Part shown: one piece after another, positions 25,541 through 33,653 of the stretch
Numbering within the stretch: the stretch's first letter is position 1
Layout of the letters: each line of letters begins with the position of its first letter
IMG/VR virus record: IMGVR_UViG_3300037991_004101
Span: 1 to 35,826 of that record
DNA length: 35,826 nt
Reading direction: 5' to 3' (one strand)
Origin: a virus
Lineage: Duplodnaviria > Caudoviricetes
The notes under the pieces: model-generated
What the model was told of the DNA's origin: nothing
What the model saw: only the letters and a program-made list of their open reading frames with translations
Database searches by the model: none
Translations under genes and position numbers: made by a program

Positions 25541-26043
25541 TGGCCGCCAAAGTTACATTGAATCTACCGAGGAGCTTATGGACTGCTGAGGACTCAATGG
25601 GACTAGCTTCCAATACCTTGGCACAGATTAAAATTAGGACAGGGAAAGGAGTAGACGCTAATGGACAGCCATTTAAAGACTACTCCCAAAAGCCTATCTA
25701 TGTAGCTAAGAAAGGTGCTCGGCTAGCTCCCAAAGGTGGACGGCCATCAAGGACAGGTAAGAGCGTCTACTATGCTAAAGGCTATGCACAATATAAGGAA
25801 GATAGTAGGCGTAGGGGGCAAGGTGGGGAAAGTGCTAGCGTAGACTTGGTCCTTAGTGGGAACATGCTGAATAACTTTGTAGTTACCGAAGCGACCAAAG
25901 ATGGATTCAAGATAGGACTGACTAAACATGCTAAGTATGGTTACTATGTGAATGAGGAGCGAGAGTTCATTGGCTTGACTCCTGGTGAAGTAGACCTAAT
26001 TGTCAAAGCTGTCGAGATTGATCTAAGGAGAAAACTTAAATGA
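25540..26043 (+). CDS. Neck / virion morphogenesis protein (Mu gpG-like)
   Basis: G.D..G.PF..YS, VDL.LSG.ML, R.F.GL motifs; basic protein. Confidence 0.7.
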   Translation: MAAKVTLNLPRSLWTAEDSMGLASNTLAQIKIRTGKGVDANGQPFKDYSQKPIYVAKKGARLAPKGGRPSRTGKSVYYAKGYAQYKEDSRRRGQGGESASVDLVLSGNMLNNFVVTEATKDGFKIGLTKHAKYGYYVNEEREFIGLTPGEVDLIVKAVEIDLRRKLK

Positions 26044-26504
26044 GTCAAGGTATCTTTGAAGCGCTTGAATACTTAGAGAATCAAGTAGAGGGAATCACTC
26101 CCAAGACTGACTCTCATCATGGCTTTGTTGCAACTAATAGAGGAACAGGCCACACCATACCACTTGAGGAGAGAGCCAACTCAACTCGATACTTTGAATT
26201 GAGAATTGATGGCCTTGCTCAAGATGATGGTCAAGCCGGCCTAAGTGGTCGCAAGCGCTCAAGAGTGCTTTGTCGTGTACGCTATGACATCCCCCAAGAT
26301 GATGGTTTTTTACTTCGCTTGATGAATGAAGACTGCTCTGCTCTCATAAACACTTTAAAAGGTCCTCAGTATAATCTCGCTACAACAGGCATAGTCAGCT
26401 TGATTCCACTTGAGGCAACCATCGAAACAATACTAGACCAACAAGGTGAGAGACTAGCCTTTATTCTCTCACTTCCCTTTGATCTTCTTTATCTGGAGGC
26501 TTAA
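26040..26504 (+). CDS. Putative tail terminator/completion protein
   Basis: Size, position just before the major tail gene, and a terminal beta-strand pattern. Confidence 0.5.
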   Translation: MSQGIFEALEYLENQVEGITPKTDSHHGFVATNRGTGHTIPLEERANSTRYFELRIDGLAQDDGQAGLSGRKRSRVLCRVRYDIPQDDGFLLRLMNEDCSALINTLKGPQYNLATTGIVSLIPLEATIETILDQQGERLAFILSLPFDLLYLEA

Positions 26505-26506
26505 TC

Positions 26507-27805
26507 ATGGCAGTGACTCACCGTTCACTTTCAATTGCTGTTGAGAGTTCTTTTGGTTCTCTCTCGGCTACCACTGGACTTCCTGTGACAACAGGCTTGA
26601 CCTATACTTCTATCCCTTGCGAGCGAGATCCAATTGTGATCGCTGGTGAACCTGTAGTCTCGGAGCGCAATGATGCTCGTGATGGTTCTTATTTTGTACC
26701 AAGTGAACCAGACACAGTCTACTCTTCAGGAAGCCGAGTAAGAAGACGAACCGGTCAAATCGTTTGTCGAGTGGACTTAACCACCATCGGAACAGCTGCT
26801 GACAATTACACATCAAACTATCTTGGTTTGCTACTTGGAGCAGGTCTAAAAACCAAACTACCAAGTGTTATCTCTGATACTGTAAGCGGTGTAAGTGGTA
26901 ACGAATATACACCAAATAGTGCTCCTGCTATCGCTGACATTGGTACTTTAATCAGTACATCAATTGCAGGTCGTGCAGAATATAGCGCTATTACTGACAA
27001 TGATGGAGGGACAGGGAATGTCATTTGTTCTCCTGCTTTCTCTGCTAACTCTTATACAGCATTAAGAGGGTTACAAACTTGGTATACACCAAGCCGAACC
27101 GAGACAGGAAACTTTGAAAGCTCAGTGGCCTTTATCATTGAGGGAGTGAACTTTAAGACTTTAGCCTTTGGTTGTGTTTTAGAATCTCTAAACATCACTT
27201 TAGACAATGGTCGCTTAATGGCTGAGTTTACATATCAAGCGGCATACATCACCGATGATCATGCGAGCGCAACAGGTCCAACAGAACCAAGCTATAACAC
27301 TGGAGCAGCTCCTTTATTCAGAGGTTCATATGTTGTATTGAGTAGTGCATCACCATCAAGCTTGACCAATGCTTCTTCTCCTGATGCTCTTGGTCGAATC
27401 GCTCTTGATTGTGAAGACTTCAGCTTGACCTATACAAACACACTCACACCACTTGGACACTCAAACAGTATTCTAGCAATGAGTGGAATGGAGATAAGTG
27501 ATGTAGCGGTGGAGCTATCTCTCACCATCTCAACAGTCAACACCACCATCAAAGATGACTTCTTCAATCGGACAGTGAGGCAAGTCTTGGTTGGAACCGG
27601 TCCTCAAGGTGATGGTCAAGGTTGCGCTATTATGCTTCCTGCGGCAATGCTCACAAATGATCCGAATGTGTATGACATTAGTGGCAACGATATAGTAAGA
27701 CAACAGTTGACATATCAACAGAGTCGCTATGCAGGAGACTTCGGAACTTCAGCTTATGAAGCCAATGCAGGCAACTCTCCATTCAGAATCGCTCTTGGAG
27801 TTTAA
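26507..27805 (+). CDS. Major tail (tube) protein
   Basis: L.IA.ES.FG N-terminus, GC..ESL.I and FSL...N.L motifs; precedes chaperone and tape measure; GGAGG RBS. Confidence 0.75.
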   Translation: MAVTHRSLSIAVESSFGSLSATTGLPVTTGLTYTSIPCERDPIVIAGEPVVSERNDARDGSYFVPSEPDTVYSSGSRVRRRTGQIVCRVDLTTIGTAADNYTSNYLGLLLGAGLKTKLPSVISDTVSGVSGNEYTPNSAPAIADIGTLISTSIAGRAEYSAITDNDGGTGNVICSPAFSANSYTALRGLQTWYTPSRTETGNFESSVAFIIEGVNFKTLAFGCVLESLNITLDNGRLMAEFTYQAAYITDDHASATGPTEPSYNTGAAPLFRGSYVVLSSASPSSLTNASSPDALGRIALDCEDFSLTYTNTLTPLGHSNSILAMSGMEISDVAVELSLTISTVNTTIKDDFFNRTVRQVLVGTGPQGDGQGCAIMLPAAMLTNDPNVYDISGNDIVRQQLTYQQSRYAGDFGTSAYEANAGNSPFRIALGV

Positions 27806-27807
27806 TT

Positions 27808-28326
27808 ATGGCTTTGCATTTTCTAACCAGTTCAAACGAGACTATTGATGTGGTGGTGACTTGTGATTCCTCAGTGGAAGCCACCGAAGATCAAAGAAAC
27901 GCATATTTAAACAGTGGTTCTCTTGATGATCTTGGAACTGTTAAAGAAGATGCTACCAAGTTTACTCTTAAAGCGCTCTCTCCATCGGAGCGAGAAGAGG
28001 CAGAAGTTAGAGCAGGTGCTTACACTCGGAGCGAGCTTGGCCGCTTGCTTTGGGTTGAAGCTCCAACCGATCCCAAAGCGAGAGCTGTTTGGCACCATGG
28101 TCTAACCGATGAAGAGCGAGAAGCTATGGCCGATTACAATGCTTATCTTCAACGTGTTTACATGGAAATGATCATAGGTAGTCTAACCAAGATAAATGGT
28201 GAAGATGCAACCATGAGCATAGTTAATAACATTAGGCCCGAATCCAACAGAGTCCAAACTATTAGTGAGTTGGTTATGCACATTCAAAGGATAAGCTTGC
28301 TCGGTATTGAGGGAAAATCGCTTTAG
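27808..28326 (+). CDS. Tail assembly chaperone (gpG analogue)
   Basis: Between tail tube and tape measure; ends with an in-frame slippery heptamer. Confidence 0.8.
   Translation: MALHFLTSSNETIDVVVTCDSSVEATEDQRNAYLNSGSLDDLGTVKEDATKFTLKALSPSEREEAEVRAGAYTRSELGRLLWVEAPTDPKARAVWHHGLTDEEREAMADYNAYLQRVYMEMIIGSLTKINGEDATMSIVNNIRPESNRVQTISELVMHIQRISLLGIEGKSL
28311..28317 (+). other. -1 programmed ribosomal frameshift site G GGA AAA
   Basis: X XXY YYZ heptamer in frame (G-K), three codons before the stop; the -1 frame is open to 28745; analogous to lambda G/GT (GGGAAAG). Confidence 0.85.
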
Positions 28327-28745
28327 CCTCTAGTGTATGGTTAAACCACAGTAGAGGCCGAGCTTGGTCTTGTGAACAATGCCAAGCCAAAAAAGAACTA
28401 AGGAATCTTCGAGGGAATTGTGGTGGACCTTTTAAACAAGGACTTCCACAAGCCCAAAAAGATGAGCTTGGTCTTTTCTTGCCTGGTTATAGAGTCGCTC
28501 CTGACTGTGGAGAAAACTATAGTGAGCTTAAGATTCGCTCCTGTCCTGTTGCTTCTTCCAATCGGCTAGCTTCAATTATCCAAGCCTATCACAGACATAG
28601 AGCAGGTCTAGCCAAAATTACTCATACATATCCGAATCCAACTTGTGCCTTACTTGAAGCGGTTGATGTGCTACACTCTAACACAGAAGAGGCACACTTA
28701 AGATCTCAAGAACGTGCAATGAAAGAGGCTCATAATGGCAAATAA
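28317..28745 (+). CDS. Frameshift extension of the tail chaperone (gpGT analogue, ~312-aa fusion)
   Basis: -1 frame reads IALASSVWLNHSRGRAWSCEQC... and is continuous with the ORF-track entry 28479-28745. Confidence 0.8.
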   Translation: MALASSVWLNHSRGRAWSCEQCQAKKELRNLRGNCGGPFKQGLPQAQKDELGLFLPGYRVAPDCGENYSELKIRSCPVASSNRLASIIQAYHRHRAGLAKITHTYPNPTCALLEAVDVLHSNTEEAHLRSQERAMKEAHNGK

Positions 28746-30780
28746 TCAAGTAGAAATTGATGTTGTCTTAAATGCTGAACAAGCCGAGCAAGGCTTTGAT
28801 AAGCTTGAACAAGGCTCCAAGGCTGTCGGTGAATCATTCAGTAGCGTTGGAAAAGCCGTTTCATCTTTGGGAGGAGAGGCCAACCAAGCTTTAGGCGGAG
28901 TTGGTGAGTCTCTTAGTGGTGTAGTCGATGGTTTTGGAGAGCTTGCAACAGCTGCCAAGAGTGGTGGAGCAAGCTTTACAGCTTTAGCAGGTCCAATAGG
29001 AATCGCTGTAGTAGCTGTCATGGAATTAATCCAAGCTTTTAAAGAATACTCAAGCGAAGTAAGTGGCGCTAATATAAAAGTTGAGGCTTATCAATCTAGT
29101 GTTACTGAATTAACTTCGATCATTGAAGAGCTTAGTGATGCTCAGGTCAAACTCAATAAGGCAGACATTGAAGCCTTTAGAATCCAGAGTCAAAGAGCAC
29201 AAGCTTTAACAGCTGAGGGAGAACTCTTAAATCAAAAAGGAGCTACTCTTAGAGCAGAGATAGCTTTACAAAAAGATGCAATTGCAGAGATTGAAAAGAA
29301 GACAAAATCAGAGAGTACATATTATGTACAGAAGTTATACTTTGAAACAGTAATAGCAACCAAGAGAAGAGAGATAGCAAGTCTTGAAGCCAAGCTAGCT
29401 CCTATTACTCAAAAGGCTGATAATACAGCTATTAAAGGAGCTGAACAGCGCTTAAAGCTCACTGAAATGAGAGAAGAGAAACTCAAAGAGTCTCCTGAGT
29501 TCATTAAGAAGCAAGCCGAACTTGAAGCAAAGATCTTAAATGAAGCAAATAGAAATCAACTACAAGCAACAAAAAGCACAGTTGATACACAAATTAAGAT
29601 CGCTCGTCTTGCTAGTAAGCAAAAAGAACGTGAACTAAAAGCTATTGAAGATATAAGTGAGCAAGTAAGATCCAAGGCCATAGCAGGAGAGCGAGCAAGG
29701 CTTCAAGCTGAGATCACAGCTATTGAAAAGAGCGCCGCCGACAAGAGAAAAGCGGAAGCAGAGAAGCGAAGACAAAAGCGCCAAGCAGATCGAGCAAGAG
29801 AAGCGGCTATGGAGTTAGCCAAAGCTCGACAATTACAAGCCGAGCTTAGAAACATTAGAATGCTTGAACTGGAGTCAATGAGACTTCAAGGTGCTAGTGC
29901 TATTGAGTTGGCAGTAGAACGTTTTAATGATGAGGTTGCCTTGGCTGACGGAAGCGCCAATAAGATCATAATTGCTAATAAGCGTTATCAAAACGAGATC
30001 ACCAAGATTCAAGAAGATGCACAAGAGAAACGCTTCGCAGAAGAAAAACAGTTTGCTCAACAGCGCTCTAACTTTATCTTTGAGACTCTTGAGTTTGACG
30101 CTCAACAGATTAAAGACCAAACTGCTAGAGAATTAGCTCTTTTAGATCTAAGATATGAAAAAGAAATCAGATTAAATGAGCATACTCAAGAAGAGATTAC
30201 AGAACTTCAAAGAAGAGAATCTATTGAAAGACAGAAGATTCAAAAGCAATCCATAGACGCTCAAATTCAACAAGTTGGAGAATTTGCCAACCAATATGGA
30301 GCAGGTTTGGCGGAGGCCGCTTATGCTTCTCTTTTGTTTGGTGAAAGCTTTAAGGAATCTGTTGGAAATATATTGATCTCACTTGGTCAACAGGCAGCAG
30401 TTCAAAGTCTAATGGAGACAGCCAAAGGAACAGCAGCTCTAATCCTAAATCCTGCCGGTGCTTCCAATCACTTTTTAGCCGCAGGTCTATTCGCAGGAGC
30501 GGCGGCCTCCGCAGGTATAGCAGGAAAAGCGATGGGAGGTGGTGGAGGTGGAGCAGTGGCCACAACTTCCACAGGTGCAGTCTCTCCAACAGGCACACCA
30601 CAAACAGCGACCACACCAGACAGAGAGCAAGCAGAAACATCAAGCATGGTGTTTAACATAAACTTTGGTGGAGCTGTGATATATGACACTAAGAAATCAG
30701 CCGAGCAAGCTTTAGCCGACCGAATCACAAACATTCAGAACACTCGAAGACGTGGAGCACCAAGAAGAGGAGCTATGTAA
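28735..30780 (+). CDS. Tape measure protein
   Basis: Ala/Gly-rich ends with hydrophobic stretches, long central coiled coil, canonical position. Confidence 0.88.
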   Translation: MANNQVEIDVVLNAEQAEQGFDKLEQGSKAVGESFSSVGKAVSSLGGEANQALGGVGESLSGVVDGFGELATAAKSGGASFTALAGPIGIAVVAVMELIQAFKEYSSEVSGANIKVEAYQSSVTELTSIIEELSDAQVKLNKADIEAFRIQSQRAQALTAEGELLNQKGATLRAEIALQKDAIAEIEKKTKSESTYYVQKLYFETVIATKRREIASLEAKLAPITQKADNTAIKGAEQRLKLTEMREEKLKESPEFIKKQAELEAKILNEANRNQLQATKSTVDTQIKIARLASKQKERELKAIEDISEQVRSKAIAGERARLQAEITAIEKSAADKRKAEAEKRRQKRQADRAREAAMELAKARQLQAELRNIRMLELESMRLQGASAIELAVERFNDEVALADGSANKIIIANKRYQNEITKIQEDAQEKRFAEEKQFAQQRSNFIFETLEFDAQQIKDQTARELALLDLRYEKEIRLNEHTQEEITELQRRESIERQKIQKQSIDAQIQQVGEFANQYGAGLAEAAYASLLFGESFKESVGNILISLGQQAAVQSLMETAKGTAALILNPAGASNHFLAAGLFAGAAASAGIAGKAMGGGGGGAVATTSTGAVSPTGTPQTATTPDREQAETSSMVFNINFGGAVIYDTKKSAEQALADRITNIQNTRRRGAPRRGAM

Positions 30781-31979
30781 TGCCTTTAAATAATCCTGCG
30801 CCTAACTTCGGTTTATTAACCTCCTTTGATATGACTGGACAAAGTGGAACTACTGTCTTCACTCGCTCAGGTGGAAGTGATGTAGATCTCCCAACTTTCA
30901 CAGGTGACCAAGGCTACTATGAAGATGTACTCTTCTTCTTGAATGGTCGGGGAGTAGATGCAAGCTTCAAAGCTGATTATCAATTAGGACTTGCTACCTT
31001 TGGCGCTTCTTGGTCCATGACTATCAATCAAGATGATAAAGTGACCATTCAAGCAAATGCACAATTCAAAGTTACATCAACCGGAAGCAGTGATCCTTTT
31101 GGATTTGGTAGTGCTACACTTGTTTCAAGCTTGGTGGGTTCTGTTTATGTTTTGAGCGCTCCCAATGATTGGACTAGAGGACTGATCGATCTCGACAATG
31201 TCACCTATAGAATAGATGAGTCAGAAGGCTCTAACACTTTCAACATTCCAAGCATCAAGAGTGATGTTCAAGATGTAACTTGCTTCATTCGTGGGTATAA
31301 CGAAAGCGATGTTGACAGCTTTGGACTAAGCTCACTTCAAGCACTGGATAATACTGCTCAAAGTTCAACGGACATCACTTGGGCTTTAACCGATAATGGA
31401 CATACTCAATGTCACTATAGGACAAGTTTAGGCGATATTACATGGAGCAATACAACCATAAGAAATCTCTTAGGATTCACAGGGGGAGAGTCTCCTGTGG
31501 TCGATGGAAGTCATTCTCGTCTAACATCTACCTACAAAAACCAAGCTGTTTTAATTCCATCAAGACCATATCAAAGTCACCACTTATCAGTAGAAAACAT
31601 GAGTCAAAGTCGGAGGAAGATAGGTGGAGGTTATGTATCAAACTTTATAGGCTCTTATATAACGTCCATTCTTAGATTCGATCTTGATGCTCTACTGGAC
31701 CAAGTTGATGACTATCGACACTTTACAAATAACTTCCTCCCCTTGGTAGGCAGTGGAGAGCGAATCAACTTCTATCAATCGTGGGGAGACTCCAGGAGAG
31801 CGCTTATTACTAGTCAAGTTAACGCAAGCCAACCAGCTTTTGATTTGATGTTTACTTCAGAAGATAACGGAGCTTACGGAAGAGTAAGAGGAAGCTTAAC
31901 CACTGCTGACTTTGACTTGGCTTATCCAACAAGACTCAAGAGAAGAGTTCCTGTTAATATGGAGATTGAACACCTATGA
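30780..31979 (+). CDS. Minor tail / distal tail-like protein
   Basis: Follows the tape measure gene; Ser/Thr/Gly-rich; TAATG overlap. Confidence 0.6.
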   Translation: MPLNNPAPNFGLLTSFDMTGQSGTTVFTRSGGSDVDLPTFTGDQGYYEDVLFFLNGRGVDASFKADYQLGLATFGASWSMTINQDDKVTIQANAQFKVTSTGSSDPFGFGSATLVSSLVGSVYVLSAPNDWTRGLIDLDNVTYRIDESEGSNTFNIPSIKSDVQDVTCFIRGYNESDVDSFGLSSLQALDNTAQSSTDITWALTDNGHTQCHYRTSLGDITWSNTTIRNLLGFTGGESPVVDGSHSRLTSTYKNQAVLIPSRPYQSHHLSVENMSQSRRKIGGGYVSNFIGSYITSILRFDLDALLDQVDDYRHFTNNFLPLVGSGERINFYQSWGDSRRALITSQVNASQPAFDLMFTSEDNGAYGRVRGSLTTADFDLAYPTRLKRRVPVNMEIEHL

Positions 31980-33043
31980 GCAATTCATATTCATCACCAC
32001 CAACATTGGTAGATCCTAGCCGAGTGACAGCAGGCTTGACACTAAGGACCACCGAAATTTCAAAACTTGGAGAGCTTCAAAATTATTCTTTTGCTCATGG
32101 TGGTTGTGTTGATGTAGTGGCTCAAGCTTGGGGGAATGCAGTCTTTAGAGTTGATGCCACAAGCAAGACCGATATTTGTGAGTGGTATATCCCACGACCA
32201 AGCGACCATCACAACGTCTTTAAGTTTCGGGTTGCTTGTCATAGATCGGCAGCAGGAAACAAGATAGGTGGAAGAATTACTTTCCCTCTGTCATCTAATA
32301 GTTATGAGTCGGAAGTAGTAATTACAGATACAAATCGATACGGCACAGTTTTTGAGGAGCTAGCTATTTCGGTGACAGCTACTGAAAATGAATTATTTTG
32401 CCGGCTCACTCTTTTTGTGGAGTGTTCAAGTGGTTATGTAGAGATCTCCAATGTAAATGGATCTTGGGTTGATATACTCTCTCCTTTAGATACTGGAATC
32501 TTAAATCAAGGTGATAGTGAGTTCACACCGCAGGGAATCAATAGGCTCGGAGCAGATCGACCTTTAAGCGCTCGTTTTGGTGTGGAGACTTTGAGGAACA
32601 TAACCACATTAAGGAAGCGAGGTAGGACGCTTCTAAATTGGTCGGGTGCATTCTCTTTTGTGTCGGGAAGCAATAGTCCTCCCAAAGGGCTTGGAACTTT
32701 TGATCTTGACTTGATGTATTCAATTGTTTCGCTCTTTGGAGGTATGAACCAAATTGAAGATCTTAATGTTGATGTATTTATTAACGTAGAGAACTATTCA
32801 AGTGGGACATTTGAAGTTGAAGTTTTTGGTTATAGATTGGCGATAGCTCAGAATGGCTGGAATAGCTATGGCCTAAGTTTAAGGCTTAGTGAGCTTGAGA
32901 GATATAGCCGAGACTTTAGACTCTCCATGTATCAAGTCGGATTGATGCCAACGGCTAGAAATCAAGCGATCTTACTTGGTGATAATAACCGGATTACTAG
33001 CAATCCTGTTTACATCAAGGGCTTGTCAATTATAGGAGTATAG
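31976..33043 (+). CDS. Minor tail protein
   Basis: ATGA-coupled within the tail operon; beta-rich. Confidence 0.55.
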   Translation: MSNSYSSPPTLVDPSRVTAGLTLRTTEISKLGELQNYSFAHGGCVDVVAQAWGNAVFRVDATSKTDICEWYIPRPSDHHNVFKFRVACHRSAAGNKIGGRITFPLSSNSYESEVVITDTNRYGTVFEELAISVTATENELFCRLTLFVECSSGYVEISNVNGSWVDILSPLDTGILNQGDSEFTPQGINRLGADRPLSARFGVETLRNITTLRKRGRTLLNWSGAFSFVSGSNSPPKGLGTFDLDLMYSIVSLFGGMNQIEDLNVDVFINVENYSSGTFEVEVFGYRLAIAQNGWNSYGLSLRLSELERYSRDFRLSMYQVGLMPTARNQAILLGDNNRITSNPVYIKGLSIIGV

Positions 33044-33044
33044 C

Positions 33045-33653
33045 GTGTTAATACCTACAGGATTTAAAAGACTACCAAGTGAGCAAGGTTGCTATAATAA
33101 TCAAGTTCTCTTTGGTGGAACTGTTAGCCAAATGGCTAGCGCTTTAGCTCAACTTACTCACTGTAAGTTCTTAGGACAGGCACATTATAACATTGGTCAA
33201 CCGACATTCACTGCGATAGGTGGCAGACAAGGTTCAAGTACACTCTATAAGAATGTGACTTCCTATAATCTCCTATTCCAAACAACGCCTATCACTTCAC
33301 ACTTGGCTTTGATCGTCCAGTGTAGATCTTGGGGAGATCCAAATCAGAGCTGTTTCTTTGATGTAGAGTTGAGGAATACAACAAGCAACAGTTACTCAGG
33401 GACCGTCCTAGATGTTGGGATAAGATTCCAACAAGGATCTGATCTAACCGGTGGGGACTTTGAAACAATAACAGCTTTCACAGGAACGGAATTAATTGAC
33501 GCTCCGACCAATACCACTCCGGACTTTCCTCGGCCTTTGTTTGTACCAAGTGCAAATCGTGGTCAGCTGTTAAACTTGCGATTTGACTTTAATTATGTGG
33601 AAGCCTTTACTATTCATATATATGATTTGTTGATTCCTGAGGTGACTCCATGA
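33045..33653 (+). CDS. Minor tail protein (GTG start)
   Basis: TAGGAG RBS; within the tail operon. Confidence 0.55.
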   Translation: MLIPTGFKRLPSEQGCYNNQVLFGGTVSQMASALAQLTHCKFLGQAHYNIGQPTFTAIGGRQGSSTLYKNVTSYNLLFQTTPITSHLALIVQCRSWGDPNQSCFFDVELRNTTSNSYSGTVLDVGIRFQQGSDLTGGDFETITAFTGTELIDAPTNTTPDFPRPLFVPSANRGQLLNLRFDFNYVEAFTIHIYDLLIPEVTP

